Source: Eledone cirrhosa (lineage: Eukaryota). From it: a stretch of 64,000 bases of DNA. The position numbers and the translations under genes are program-made. Position 1 is the first letter of the stretch. Every line of letters starts with the position of its first letter. This document shows positions 53,720-64,000 of the stretch, in pieces. A model generated the notes under the pieces. The model did no database searches. It was given only the letters and a program-made list of their open reading frames with translations, and was not told the origin of the DNA. The stretch covers positions 76,632,001-76,696,000 of the forward strand of contig OZ024740.1 in assembly GCA_964016885.1 (NCBI GenBank). The letters run 5' to 3'.

Positions 53720-53960
53720 GAGGTGTGGTGTTTAAATGCAGAAATCACGATAGAGAGTTCAATTCCCACGTGGCACGCCATGTCCTTGAGGAAAACACAA
53801 TATTTCAGGTCATTTCAATCCACTCAGCTGGCAAAAGTCAGTTGTAGAGGTAACTCAAGGGGGCAGCATTACCGCACGTTGTATCCGCTGAATCTTCCTG
53901 AGAACTACTTCAAAGGGGCATGTGTTTATGGTATACTCAACTACATACACATTATTTACA
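53720..53960 (+). mobile_element. Degenerate tRNA-derived SINE (family of 11995-12310)
   Basis: GAGTTCAATTCCC...TGTCCTTGAG...CCACTCAGCTGGCAAAA. Confidence 0.6.
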
Positions 53961-54032
53961 ATGGAGGTCCAACAACAACGCGCGCACGCTCGTACACATG
54001 CACGCATATAAAAATATATACATATATATATG

Positions 54033-54071
<39 letters not shown>

Positions 54072-54077
54072 TAATAA

Positions 54078-54378
54078 AAACAATACCAGTGGTTGTAGGC
54101 GCTCTAGGAATGATACCTAAGGGGTCTAATGATTACTTATCGCAAATCCCAGGAAACCCGCGTATAGGAGAAATACAAAAGATAGTACTAATGGGAACTG
54201 CCCATATACTAAGGAAGATTCTGTCAATATAAGTACATTACAAGTCTAAACACCTAAAGATGCATGTGTGTGTATGTATGTTCTTTCTTGAACATGGCGG
54301 ACCTTGTTGTCTCTTGAGGTCACTGGTTATGACTTGGTGATAACTCGTATGAACATAAAGCAAGATAAATGCAACTGT
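54078..54378 (+). mobile_element. Short 3' fragment of an R4/Dong-type LINE in (TAA)n
   Basis: TIPVVVGALG...IQKIVLMGTAHILRKILSI* is homologous to the C-terminus at 62330-62475; (TAA)n on both sides. Confidence 0.8.
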
Positions 54379-54405
54379 AATAATAATAATAATAATAATA
54401 ATAAT

Positions 54406-57400
54406 GATTTCTTTATTGGCCACAAGGGCTGACATCAAGAAAATTATTACAGACGGCACAGGACGGTACAGGACGGTACGATATGGGTTTTGTGCGTGTA
54501 AATATTTTTATTATTTATATAAGAAAAGAAAAATTAAGGACATAGAAACATAAATATATATAAACAATAAAAATGAAAATTGAAACAATGAAAAATTCCC
54601 CAATAGGGGAAAAACCTCCGAGGGTTACCCGTGGCGAAAACCACACAAAAGACCACGGCCACCCTTCCCACCAGGGTAAGCGCCCTCTCTCAATTTTTCC
54701 ATCTCTCAAACTGCAGACGTATATTCAGAGTGGTCCCGTTCACTCGGACCATTCTCGCTACATTCACCCACCTTTCAACAAACTTGCTAGAAGGCAGCAC
54801 TTGCCTCTCCACCTTGATTTTCCTCCTCAAGTGAAACTTGAAAAAGTTAATTAGGGATTCGCCGAAGAGGAAAGTGTCTGTATTTAACCCTTTCACCTTG
54901 TCCACCACACAATCTCTTTCGCCATGGCCACCAGGCAGATGAAAACCGCCTGCCCTTCCTCCTCGAAGGAAGACGGCGAGGCCATCTGCACAATGGACTC
55001 AGTCGACAACCGGATCTGTCCCACACGCGACAGCAACTGTTCGACATAGCTCCACAAGTCAGCAATGCTCGGGCACTGAACGAGTGCGTGCACGACGGTT
55101 TCGTCGCTCTGAGCGCATCTCGGACAGGTTCGGCTGACGGCACTTCCGTGCCTGTAGAGCTTATCTCGAACCGGCAGCGCTCCTCGGTAGCACTGCCAGG
55201 CCAGGGATTTTGGGAAGTTATCCATAGGCCCCGGGCTGAAAGTTCTCCGGAGGAGTGCAAACAGCTGATCTTCGACGCCCAGGATCTCTCCGAGAACGTC
55301 GTCGCTCTTCCCCTCCACTAGTCCTCTATAGAACGCCGAGGTGGATGTTCCACCGATACTGGTGCCCAGCTGGCAGAGAGCAGTGAGCGCCTGGAGACAT
55401 TCCAGTTTCCAAGCGCTATCCCTCGGTCTTTTTCTGACCCAGGACTGCAGCTCCGTCATGGAGACGAGCTGTGGGAAAACGTGCCTGGCGAACGGCGACC
55501 ACACCTGTTCACCATCAAGGAAGCACCAGAGATGTCGCAGCCTCAGCGCATGTTTGCGCATCATCAGCCATGGCATACCCAGTCCTCCACGCAACGGGTG
55601 TTGACAGCAGATGGATCGTCTGACCATGGGAGCGCGTCCCTTCCACAAAAAGCGGAAGAGGAGGTGCTCCATTTTGGTGAGAGTTGGGCTGAAGCAAGGG
55701 ACGACAGTGAGGCGGTAGCAGATGACGGATGCGATGTACGCATTCGCCACTTCCGCCCGGCCTTTCAGGGACAGCTTCCTCTCAGACCATTTCTGGGTGA
55801 GGGAGGCCACCCTGCTCGTCACCTCGTTCCAGTTTTTCTCTATCTGGAGGTCCGGTCCGAACCAGACCCCGAGCAATTTAACCGGTCCGTCCAACGCCCC
55901 ACGACGCTGTCGGACGGCATGGACTTGCCTCTCCAGGTGCCTAGCTGCAAGCCCACCGACTTTTCCTGGTTTATCTTTGCTCCTGTCACAGTTTCGTATT
56001 CCTTGAGAGCGGTGCCGAGCATCTGGACGTGTCTGATGCTCGACACCACCACGGTGACGTCGTCAGCGTAAGCCGACTCGGATTTCCCGCATCCTAGTTC
56101 GCGTGGGACGCCCCTCATCGCCCCCAGTTTGTGCAGTAACGGCTCGAGAGCCAATACGTACAAGAGGGACGAGAGGGGAGAACCCTGGTGGACTGAGCGC
56201 ATGATGCTGAACGGCTGGGACAGGTGACCGTTCACCCTCACAACTGAGCAGATGTCGCTGTACATTGCTGCAATCCAACGCCTGAAAACGGGCCCGAGAC
56301 CGGCTCCCTCGAGGACCGCCGTCAGGTACCGATGGTCGACCCTATCGAATGCTTGGGATTGATCCAAGTTGATCAGGGCCCCACCCTTGCCAGGTTCCTT
56401 AACCACCCTCTCTATGATGTATCGCATGAGGTGGAGGTTGTCGTGTATGGATCTGTCCGGGATGGCGCATGTCTGCACCTCTCCCACCAGACCCTTGACG
56501 ACAAGCGCCAACCTCGTTGCTAACACCTTGGCCAAAATCTTGAACTCTGCGTTTAGCAGAGTTATGGGCCTGAAATTATCAATAACATCCCCCTTGTTCG
56601 GTTCTTTTCTCAGCAGCGCCACTGCTTCCCAGCTCACAAAACTGGGAATGCTCCCGTTCTGCTGCCAGTTGCAGTAGACGTCTGCCAAGAGGTCACCGAA
56701 CAAGTCTGGCATAAATGCATAAAGCTCGTAGGGCAGACCATCTAAACCTGGCGATTTACCTCTTGACAGTTAGCCATCGCTTCCCGTATTTCACCGGCTG
56801 TAATTGGCTTTTCGCAACACTGTGCTGCGGTCGTCGAGGGCCGAGGCAGTCCGTCGAGGTATGCACTGAAGTCCATGTCCCGATCCGTGCCGCCGCCGCT
56901 CCCGAACAGTTCAGCAAAGTGCTGCTGAAAAGCTTCACACATCCGCTCGGGTTCGAGCATCACGCACCCGTTTTGGTCAGACAAAGACCGAATTGTGGCT
57001 TTATTGCCACGTCGCGCCTCTGCCACCCGGGCCCATTGGACGGCTTTTGTCCCCTCGTGTTTCAGAGCACGCGCTCTAGCTCTGACAACGCAGCCTTCGT
57101 GTTTTGCGTTGAAGAATTGGTCGAGTGCCAATCTCGCCGCAAGCACGTCGGTTGCAATGCCTGTCCTAAACGCCTCTTCTAGCTTTCTGACTAGCTCTCC
57201 CTCTACTCTATTTTCCTCTATCACTATTTCTTTGCTAAACCTAATCGACTCTACTTTAATTGCCCTTTTCAGGGCGAACCACCACCTGTTGTTGACGACC
57301 GCTCCCGTCAACTCCCGCTTAACTAATACGCTAATCCGGTCTCTGTAGGCCTTGCGCGCCGGGAAAGACGCGTTCAGCTTCCAGTAACCAGGCCCTTGTC

Positions 57401-60187
57401 TATGAAGTCTGTCTATGTCGATCTCACAGATCACAAATTTGTGGTCTGTGTAGTCGACTATTTTAAATTGTGGACAACTTATACTAGCCTTATCTAGTTC
57501 CCTGCAGAATACCCTATCTAGATACGATTTGGATGACCCGATGCGGTTTGTCCATGTCCACATTGGCACATTCGGGTGATCCAGTCGATACCTGTCAGAC
57601 AGTTCAAAACGTCTGAGCAGGTTGGTGAGGCTCTTGCACCCTCCTCCCCTATTCACTAGCCCCACACGATCCCGGCGTGCATCCAAGATACCGTTCCAGT
57701 CGCCCACTAACACTAAAGAGCGGGACGTTCCAAGAAAGGTCTCTAGACGTCTGAAGAAATCTGGCCGTCCTACCCCTGTTGGGGCGTAGACGGCTACTAG
57801 CCTGAAAGCATTGCCTTCGCTTCCGGTCACGTCCAGCACCACCGACTTACCTTCTGGGTCCAGGAAGATGGCCCGTATCGCGACATCCAAGCCTCTCCGA
57901 AAAAGGACGGCAACCCCTCCCCCCGATGCTGGACGGCTGGGAGATGCGTATACATCGTAGCCGCCGAAGATCGGTACGAAGGCCCGTGCCTCGGAGATTC
58001 TGGTTTCACTGATGGCCACCACATCTATGTTTAGTGACCTGAGGTCATTGAGCAGGTGACCCTGCTTCCAAGATGAACCCAGGTTACGTGCATTTATACT
58101 TCTATTCTGAGTACAGCCATGTTGGATGAGAAACGGAGCAAATGAGAAAGGGTCACTTACCTTGTTCGTGTGGTGAAGGGACAGTAGAACCGTCCCTTTC
58201 GCTGGTCATGGGTCTTTCCAAGAGGATATCAGTGTATATCCTCTTGGTAACCGTCCCTCTGAAGTCTCCAACTGCGTTGGGGAATTTTTGTTTTAAAGGT
58301 TTGTATTGTTCTAATGAGATTTCGATGATGCTTATGTTTGACGGGAGAGTTCCTGGTGTTGGTGGGGTGTAGTAGTTTTTTCCGTGATGTCTGTGTGATG
58401 CCTTCGCTTTTGGAGGGCGAATCTAAGGGTTTTTTTGTTTTTTGTTTTTTGTCGCTACTGTTTGTCACGTCACTCCCGCCTCAAACTTCATGTGGGATTC
58501 TGTGGCGTCTGGGAGTGGTATGTGCTCCACGGCTGTTGGTGGTGGTAGTGGAGCCCTCTTCGGCAATGTTGTTGCTGGTGTAGCTATTTCAAATGTAGCT
58601 ATTGGTGTTGCGGCTACTGATGATGCTGCTTTAGTTATCCGTGGCCTTGGTACGGGTGCTACGGACGTTGCCCTCCTACTCACCGTGGAAGGGGTTTCTT
58701 CGTTTGCTGCCTGTCCTGCTCTTGGTAGCAGCGGACCAGGTATTGGAAGGAGAGGGGCCCTCTTCGGTGTCTTCTGCGGGCAAAAGGCCCTGAGGTGACC
58801 CTTCGACCCACAGAGATAACATTTTGGCCGTCTTCCTTCTACACTTATAGGGAGTTGGAGTCCTTCCTCAAAGTCTATGATATCGGGGATAGCCTCGATA
58901 CATTCCTGGTCAGTTTGTATAAGCATTTGCATGCCTATACCTGACCAGTTCTCTCTCCCTATTTTTTCTACTTGCAGCATGGTCGCCCTGTTCTCAATTA
59001 CAGCAAGGACAGACGCGGCCAGCCAAGGTATGGGCACGTCGGGTGGGACCTGGGTCACTTTGACCCTCACAATTTTCTACCCGCAGTAGGAGGGCACCAA
59101 GACTAACTCCTCACTCTTTAGGGTTTCCAAAGAGTGAGACTTTGCTTCCTGGGGGTGGCGAAAAGTACGTCTACTGTGGCGTACTTTCTGCCTCGGGTGA
59201 TGTGGGCTTTGCGTGCCCAGACGCACCCCAAGGCCTTTTCGATTTGAGCCTCCGCGGCTCTCTCCACTCGATGTGAGATATTGCTTACGGTGCGGTAAGT
59301 CACCGTTCGTAGCTGCTGGTTCTTGAAAAAATCGGGTGGAGGTTTCAGAGAAACTCTATTTGCGCTTCTTGTCACCATGGCCATTGCGACTGCCATCTCC
59401 TCCTCTGTGACTAACACTGTCTCGATATTTCGGGCGACACCTGCAAAAGAAGTGGTCCCTTTTTCAGCAGCACCACTATTGCTGCCGCTACTGGTCTTAC
59501 TGGTGGTGCTGAGATCGCTATTACAGGTATCGGTGTCATTGTTGTTCTTTTCGCTGGTACAGTTGTTGGTGTTGTTTTCGTTGATACTGTTGCTGCTGTT
59601 ACTGTTATTGTGGCTGTTGTTATTATTGTTGTTTTTGTTGATACTGTTCCTACTATTATTGTTGTTGTGGCTGTTGTTATTGTCATTGTTATTGCCGTTC
59701 TCGACCTTACCGCTGTTATTTTTGTTATTGTCGTTCTCGACTTTACCGCTGTTATTTTTGGTGTTGTTGTGGGTGATGTTGTTGGTGTTAGTGTTGGTGT
59801 TGTTTGTGTTAAAAATATTTGTTAATTTTAAATCTGTAACAATCTTTTTTTTCTTTGTAATATTTTCGTTTATATTTACCTCCGCTGGAACGCTGTCTTG
59901 TTGACATGCTGATAAAGTCTCCCTCTCTCTGTGTTGTCTGACAGCGCTCTCTCTCTTTTTTGTGTTATCCATGTTGAAATTTTTCAAAAAATATTTTTAC
60001 ACAAATACGAATACGACACCCCTTAAAGGGGTGCCGTATTATTTACTAGTGAACCCCTGTATTAGGTGGGTCACTTCTTCTAAACTTTTATCAAATTTAA
60101 AACTTGAATAAAAGGTTTAGAACGGTTGAAAAAGAGGTAAAACGTTGAAAAAGACTGGAGGCGATAAGAAACGTGGCTTCACCAACC
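54406..60187 (-). mobile_element. Second near full-length L1/Tx1-clade LINE (divergent subfamily), several frameshifts
   Basis: ORF1 pieces at ~58150-59987 (VEGRRPKCYLCGSKGHLRAFC); ORF2 pieces at ~54710-58120 (APE, YADD, zf-RVT); TAA repeats at both ends. Confidence 0.92.
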
Positions 60188-60209
60188 AATAATATTAATA
60201 ATAATAATG

Positions 60210-62548
60210 TTAAATAATAAGGATGTTAAACATAATGACCAGACAGTGTGGATTGAGACAGTACAGAAGGAGATTAGTGAACAGGCACACCAACAAACTG
60301 ATTTGAGTATCACAGTTGAAACTCTTAAGAGGCAGGCCAAAAAACTAACCAACTGGAAATCACCAGGCCCAGATGGTGTGCAGGGGTATTGGATTAAAAA
60401 TATAACATCCCTCCACTCGAAACTGACAACCATGTTCAATGACTGCTTGATGTCAGGTGAGGTACCAGAGTGGTTGACAAAAGGTACCACAGTTCTGATA
60501 ATGAAAGACCGAATCAAGGGTAATGATGTTACCAACTATAGACCTATCACATGTCTGTCCGTAATGTGGAAACTGTTGACAAGCATTATGTCTGAGGAAA
60601 TCTACCATCACCTCCACACAAACAATTTGTTACCGAACGAACAGAAAGGATGCCGAAAGAAGTCACGTGGTACAAAGGACCAGTTACTTATTGATAAGAT
60701 GGTAATGAGGAATTGCAAGAGGAGACACACTGGTCTTGCCATGGGATGGATAGACTACAAAAAGGCATTTGACATGGTGCCTCATTCTTGGATCACCAAA
60801 AGCCTGGAGATCTTCAAGGTGGCAGATAAACTCAGACAGTTGTTGGGCAAAAGTATGAAGTACTGGGAAACAGAGTTAACATCAACTGGAGAATCCTTGG
60901 TAAGCGTGAAGATCAAGAGAGGTATCTTCCAGGGGGATAGTCTGTCCCCTCTGTTGTTTGTCCTTGCCCTGATGCCCCTGCCCAGTGTACTGCGAAAAGT
61001 GAAAGCATGATATAGGTTGGGAAAGGAAGGGCTTACCATCAATCACCTCTTCTTCATAGACGATCTTAAGCTCTTCGGGAAGAGTGAGCAGGAGTTGGAT
61101 GTGCTTGTTGAAACTGTCCGTATTTTCAGCAATGATATATGTATGCAATTTGGTATTAGTAAGTGTGGAGTCCTTGTGATGAAGAGGGGTAAATTGAGCA
61201 GAAGTAACGGAATTCAGGTACCAACAGGTGAGATGATAAAGGAAATTGACTCTGAAGAAGGATACAAGTATTTGGGTGTTCTGGAGGCTGATGACATCAA
61301 GAACAAAAAAAATTGAATACATTCGGAGAGTAAGGAGCGTATTAAAGTCACATCTGAACAGTAGGAATGCCATAAGTGCAGTAAATTCCCGAGCTGTGTC
61401 TATTATTAGGTACAGTGCGGGAATTCTGAGATGGAATGTTGCTGAACAAAAAGAAATGGATAGGAAGACTAGGAAGCTATTGACTATCTACAACATGTTC
61501 CACAAGAGGAGTGATGTCGATAGACTCTACTTAAGGAGATCTGAAGGTGGAAGAGGTCTTATCAGCATAGAGGACTGTGTTCAGATGGAGAAAAACAACC
61601 TACACAAATACGTGACTGATAGTAAGGAGCAAATGCTCAGAACTGTACTGAAGGAGGGGACAATAGACCAGGGGATGTCCAAGGAGGAAATAACATCAAG
61701 GAGAAAGAGCAGCCTTCAGGAAAAATCCCTTCATAGTATCTTCTTTGAGAAAACTGAATTTAGAGATCCACAGACATGGAACTGGTTGAAAAGAGGAGAC
61801 CTTAAAAAGGCTACAGAAGGAATGTTAATGGCTGCGCAGGAGCAGGCCCTCAAAACGAAGTGGTTGAAACACCATATTTACAAGGAGGAGGCTAGCCCAC
61901 TGTGCATGATCTGTGGAGAGAGAGAGGAGACTGTGGCTCACATTGTATCCGAGTGTAAACACCTAGCCCAGACTCACTATAAGGGCTGGAGACATGATGT
62001 GATGGGCAGGGTGTTCCACTGGCACCTATGCAAAGTAAACAATTTACCACATTCTGAGAAGTGGTATGAGCATAAGCCAGAGTCGGTGATAGAAAACGAT
62101 CAGGTGAAGGTGCTGTGGGATTTTAGGATACAGACGGACAAGAAACTGGAACATAATAAACCTGACCTGGTGGTTGTGGACAAAGAAAAAAGATCGTGCC
62201 TGATTGTGGATGTGGCCTGCCCATTCGACACGAGAGTGCAAGAGAAGGAGAGGGAGAAAATTAACCGATACCAGGACTTAAAGTGGGAAGTAAAAAGGAT
62301 TTGGAACTGCCATGAAGTCAAAGTGATCCCGATTGTCATAGGCGCGCTAGGGACTATCTCAAAAAGTTTCCAGGGATGGTTAAAGAAAATTGGCCCCTTC
62401 ACGCTTTTTGGAACGCTTCAAAAGGCATGCTTGCTGGGAACAGCAAGAACCCTCCGATACGTCCTGAATATCTGAGGCTGCAGGTAGTGGCTTGATATTT
62501 ATTTCAACAAACTTTCCAGTTAACTAACTTCAATGACTGAGACTCAAA

Positions 62549-62550
<2 letters not shown>
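60210..62550 (+). mobile_element. 5'-truncated R4/Dong-type LINE (RT + CCHC + restriction-like endonuclease) with (TAA)n tail
   Basis: NWKSPGPDG, NYRPITCL, DYKKAFDMVPH, RGIFQGDSLSP, HLFFIDDLKL, CMICG..EETVAHIVSEC, RHD, KPDLVVVD, VDVACP; stop at 61008 and frameshift near 61310. Confidence 0.92.
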
Positions 62551-62588
<38 letters not shown>

Positions 62589-62590
<2 letters not shown>

Positions 62591-64000
62591 TTTCTTTATT
62601 AACCACAAGGCTTTACATAAAGTAGACATTAAGGACAGTGCAAGACAATACAGGACGGTACAAATTGGCATTTCTGCGTGTAAAAAACAAAAGCAGAGGA
62701 TGTAACAAAAAAATAACAATGAAAAATTCCCCAATAGGGGGGAGACTTCGGAGGGACATTTGTGGAGAAAGCCCAGTAAAAGGCCACAGTGACCTGACCA
62801 CCAAGGCAAGTGCCCTCTCCCAGTTTTCCACCTTTAATTTACAGATACGTACTCAGAGTAGGCCCATTCACTCGGGCCATTCTTGCTTCTCTCACCCATC
62901 TTTCAACAAAATGCTGGGAAGAGAGCACTTCCCTTTCTACTCTGATTTTCCTTTTCAAATGAAATTTGAAAAAGTCAATCAGAGCATCACCGAAGAGGTA
63001 AGTGCTCGTCTTCAGCCCTTTCAAATTTGTCCACCATACTATCTCTTTCGCCATGGCCACCAGACAGATAAAAATTGCCTGCCCTTCCCGGCTAAAGGAA
63101 GAGGGCGGGGCAATCCTCACGATGGACTCAGATGATAGCCGGATCCGTCCTACACGCGACAGCAGGTGTTCGACATAAACCCACAAGTCAGCAATTTTCG
63201 GACACTGGACGAGTGCGTGCAGGACGGTTTCGTCGCCCTGTGCGCATCTCGGACATGCCCGGCTGACGGCACCTCCATGCTTGTAGAGTTTATCCCGAAC
63301 TGGCAAGGCTCCTCGGTAGCACTGCCAGGCCAGAGATTTCTGGAAGTTGTCCAAGGTCCCGGCCCGAAAGTTCTTCCGAAGAGATTGGCTAGTTGATTTT
63401 CGTCGACGCCTAGAGTTTCCCCAAGTACGTCGTGGCTCTTCCCCTCCACTAATCATCTATAGAACGCCGAGGTGGAGTTTCCACCGATCACATTGCCCGA
63501 TTGGTCGAGGGCTCTGAGCGCCTGAAGACATTCCAGTCTCCGTCGAGGAAGAGGTGGAGATGTCGTAGCCCGAGCGCGTGTCTGCGCATCATCAGCCACG
63601 GCATTCCCAGCCCTCCACGTAGCGGGTGTTGACAGCAGATGGACCGCCTGACCAACGGAGAACGTCCCTTCCTCAAAAAGCGAAAGAGCAAACGTTCCAG
63701 CGCAGTCAGGCGGGGCTTAGGACAAGGTACGACGGTCAGGCGGTAGCAGATGACAGACGCGATGTACGCGTTAGCCACCTCCGCTCGACCTTTCAGGGAT
63801 AGCTTCCTCTCCGCCCATTTCAGGGTGAGAGAAGCTACCCTGCTCGTCACCTCGTCCCAGTTTTTGTCCGTCTGGAGGTCCGGACCGAACCAGACCCCTA
63901 GCAATTTAACCGGTCCGTCCGTCCAGCGTCCGACGACGCTGTTGGACAGCATGGACCTGCCTCTCCAGGAGCCGAACTGCAGGCCCACTGACTTTTCCTG
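62589..64000 (-). mobile_element. Third L1/Tx1 LINE (same subfamily as 22156-28025), 3' part, runs off the window
   Basis: Highly similar to 26515-28020; carries a ~103-bp internal deletion at ~63540 relative to the first copy. Confidence 0.92.

Noticed and set aside
61008-61010. In-frame TGA in the Dong ORF as programmed readthrough
   Set aside because: More simply a GGA>TGA nonsense change in a copy that also has a frameshift.
63535-63545. 103-bp deletion in the third Tx1 copy as a spliced-out intron
   Set aside because: The junction does not match GT-AG removal; it shows only GG microhomology.

Overview
Repeat-dense eukaryotic DNA with no recognisable host gene. The (TA)n/(CA)n/(TAA)n microsatellite load and SINE types suggest a cephalopod (Octopus-like) genome; this is an inference. 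The window is almost entirely mobile DNA. It holds two Naiad-type Penelope-like elements (PLEs; RT + GIY-YIG) tail-to-tail at 33.5-41.5 kb plus two decayed PLEs. It has three L1/Tx1-type LINEs (two near full length) and two R4/Dong-type RLE LINEs, all sitting in (TAA)n arrays. There are also three Helitron derivatives, CR1-like and RTE-like fragments, tRNA-derived SINEs, and two large minisatellites (54-bp and 47-bp units). Four features stand out. (1) Several type I hammerhead ribozymes can be read by eye in PLE termini, two with very long helix II insertions. (2) A '(TA)n - long inverted repeat - (TA)n' fold-back architecture recurs, and in one case appears to have duplicated flanking DNA. 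(3) A splice donor and polypyrimidine/AG at the ORF1-ORF2 junction of two divergent Tx1 families could create an ORF1-ORF2 fusion. (4) A 10-kb chain of APE- and RLE-type LINEs occupies opposite strands of one (TAA)n target. All calls come from manual reading; boundaries are approximate.
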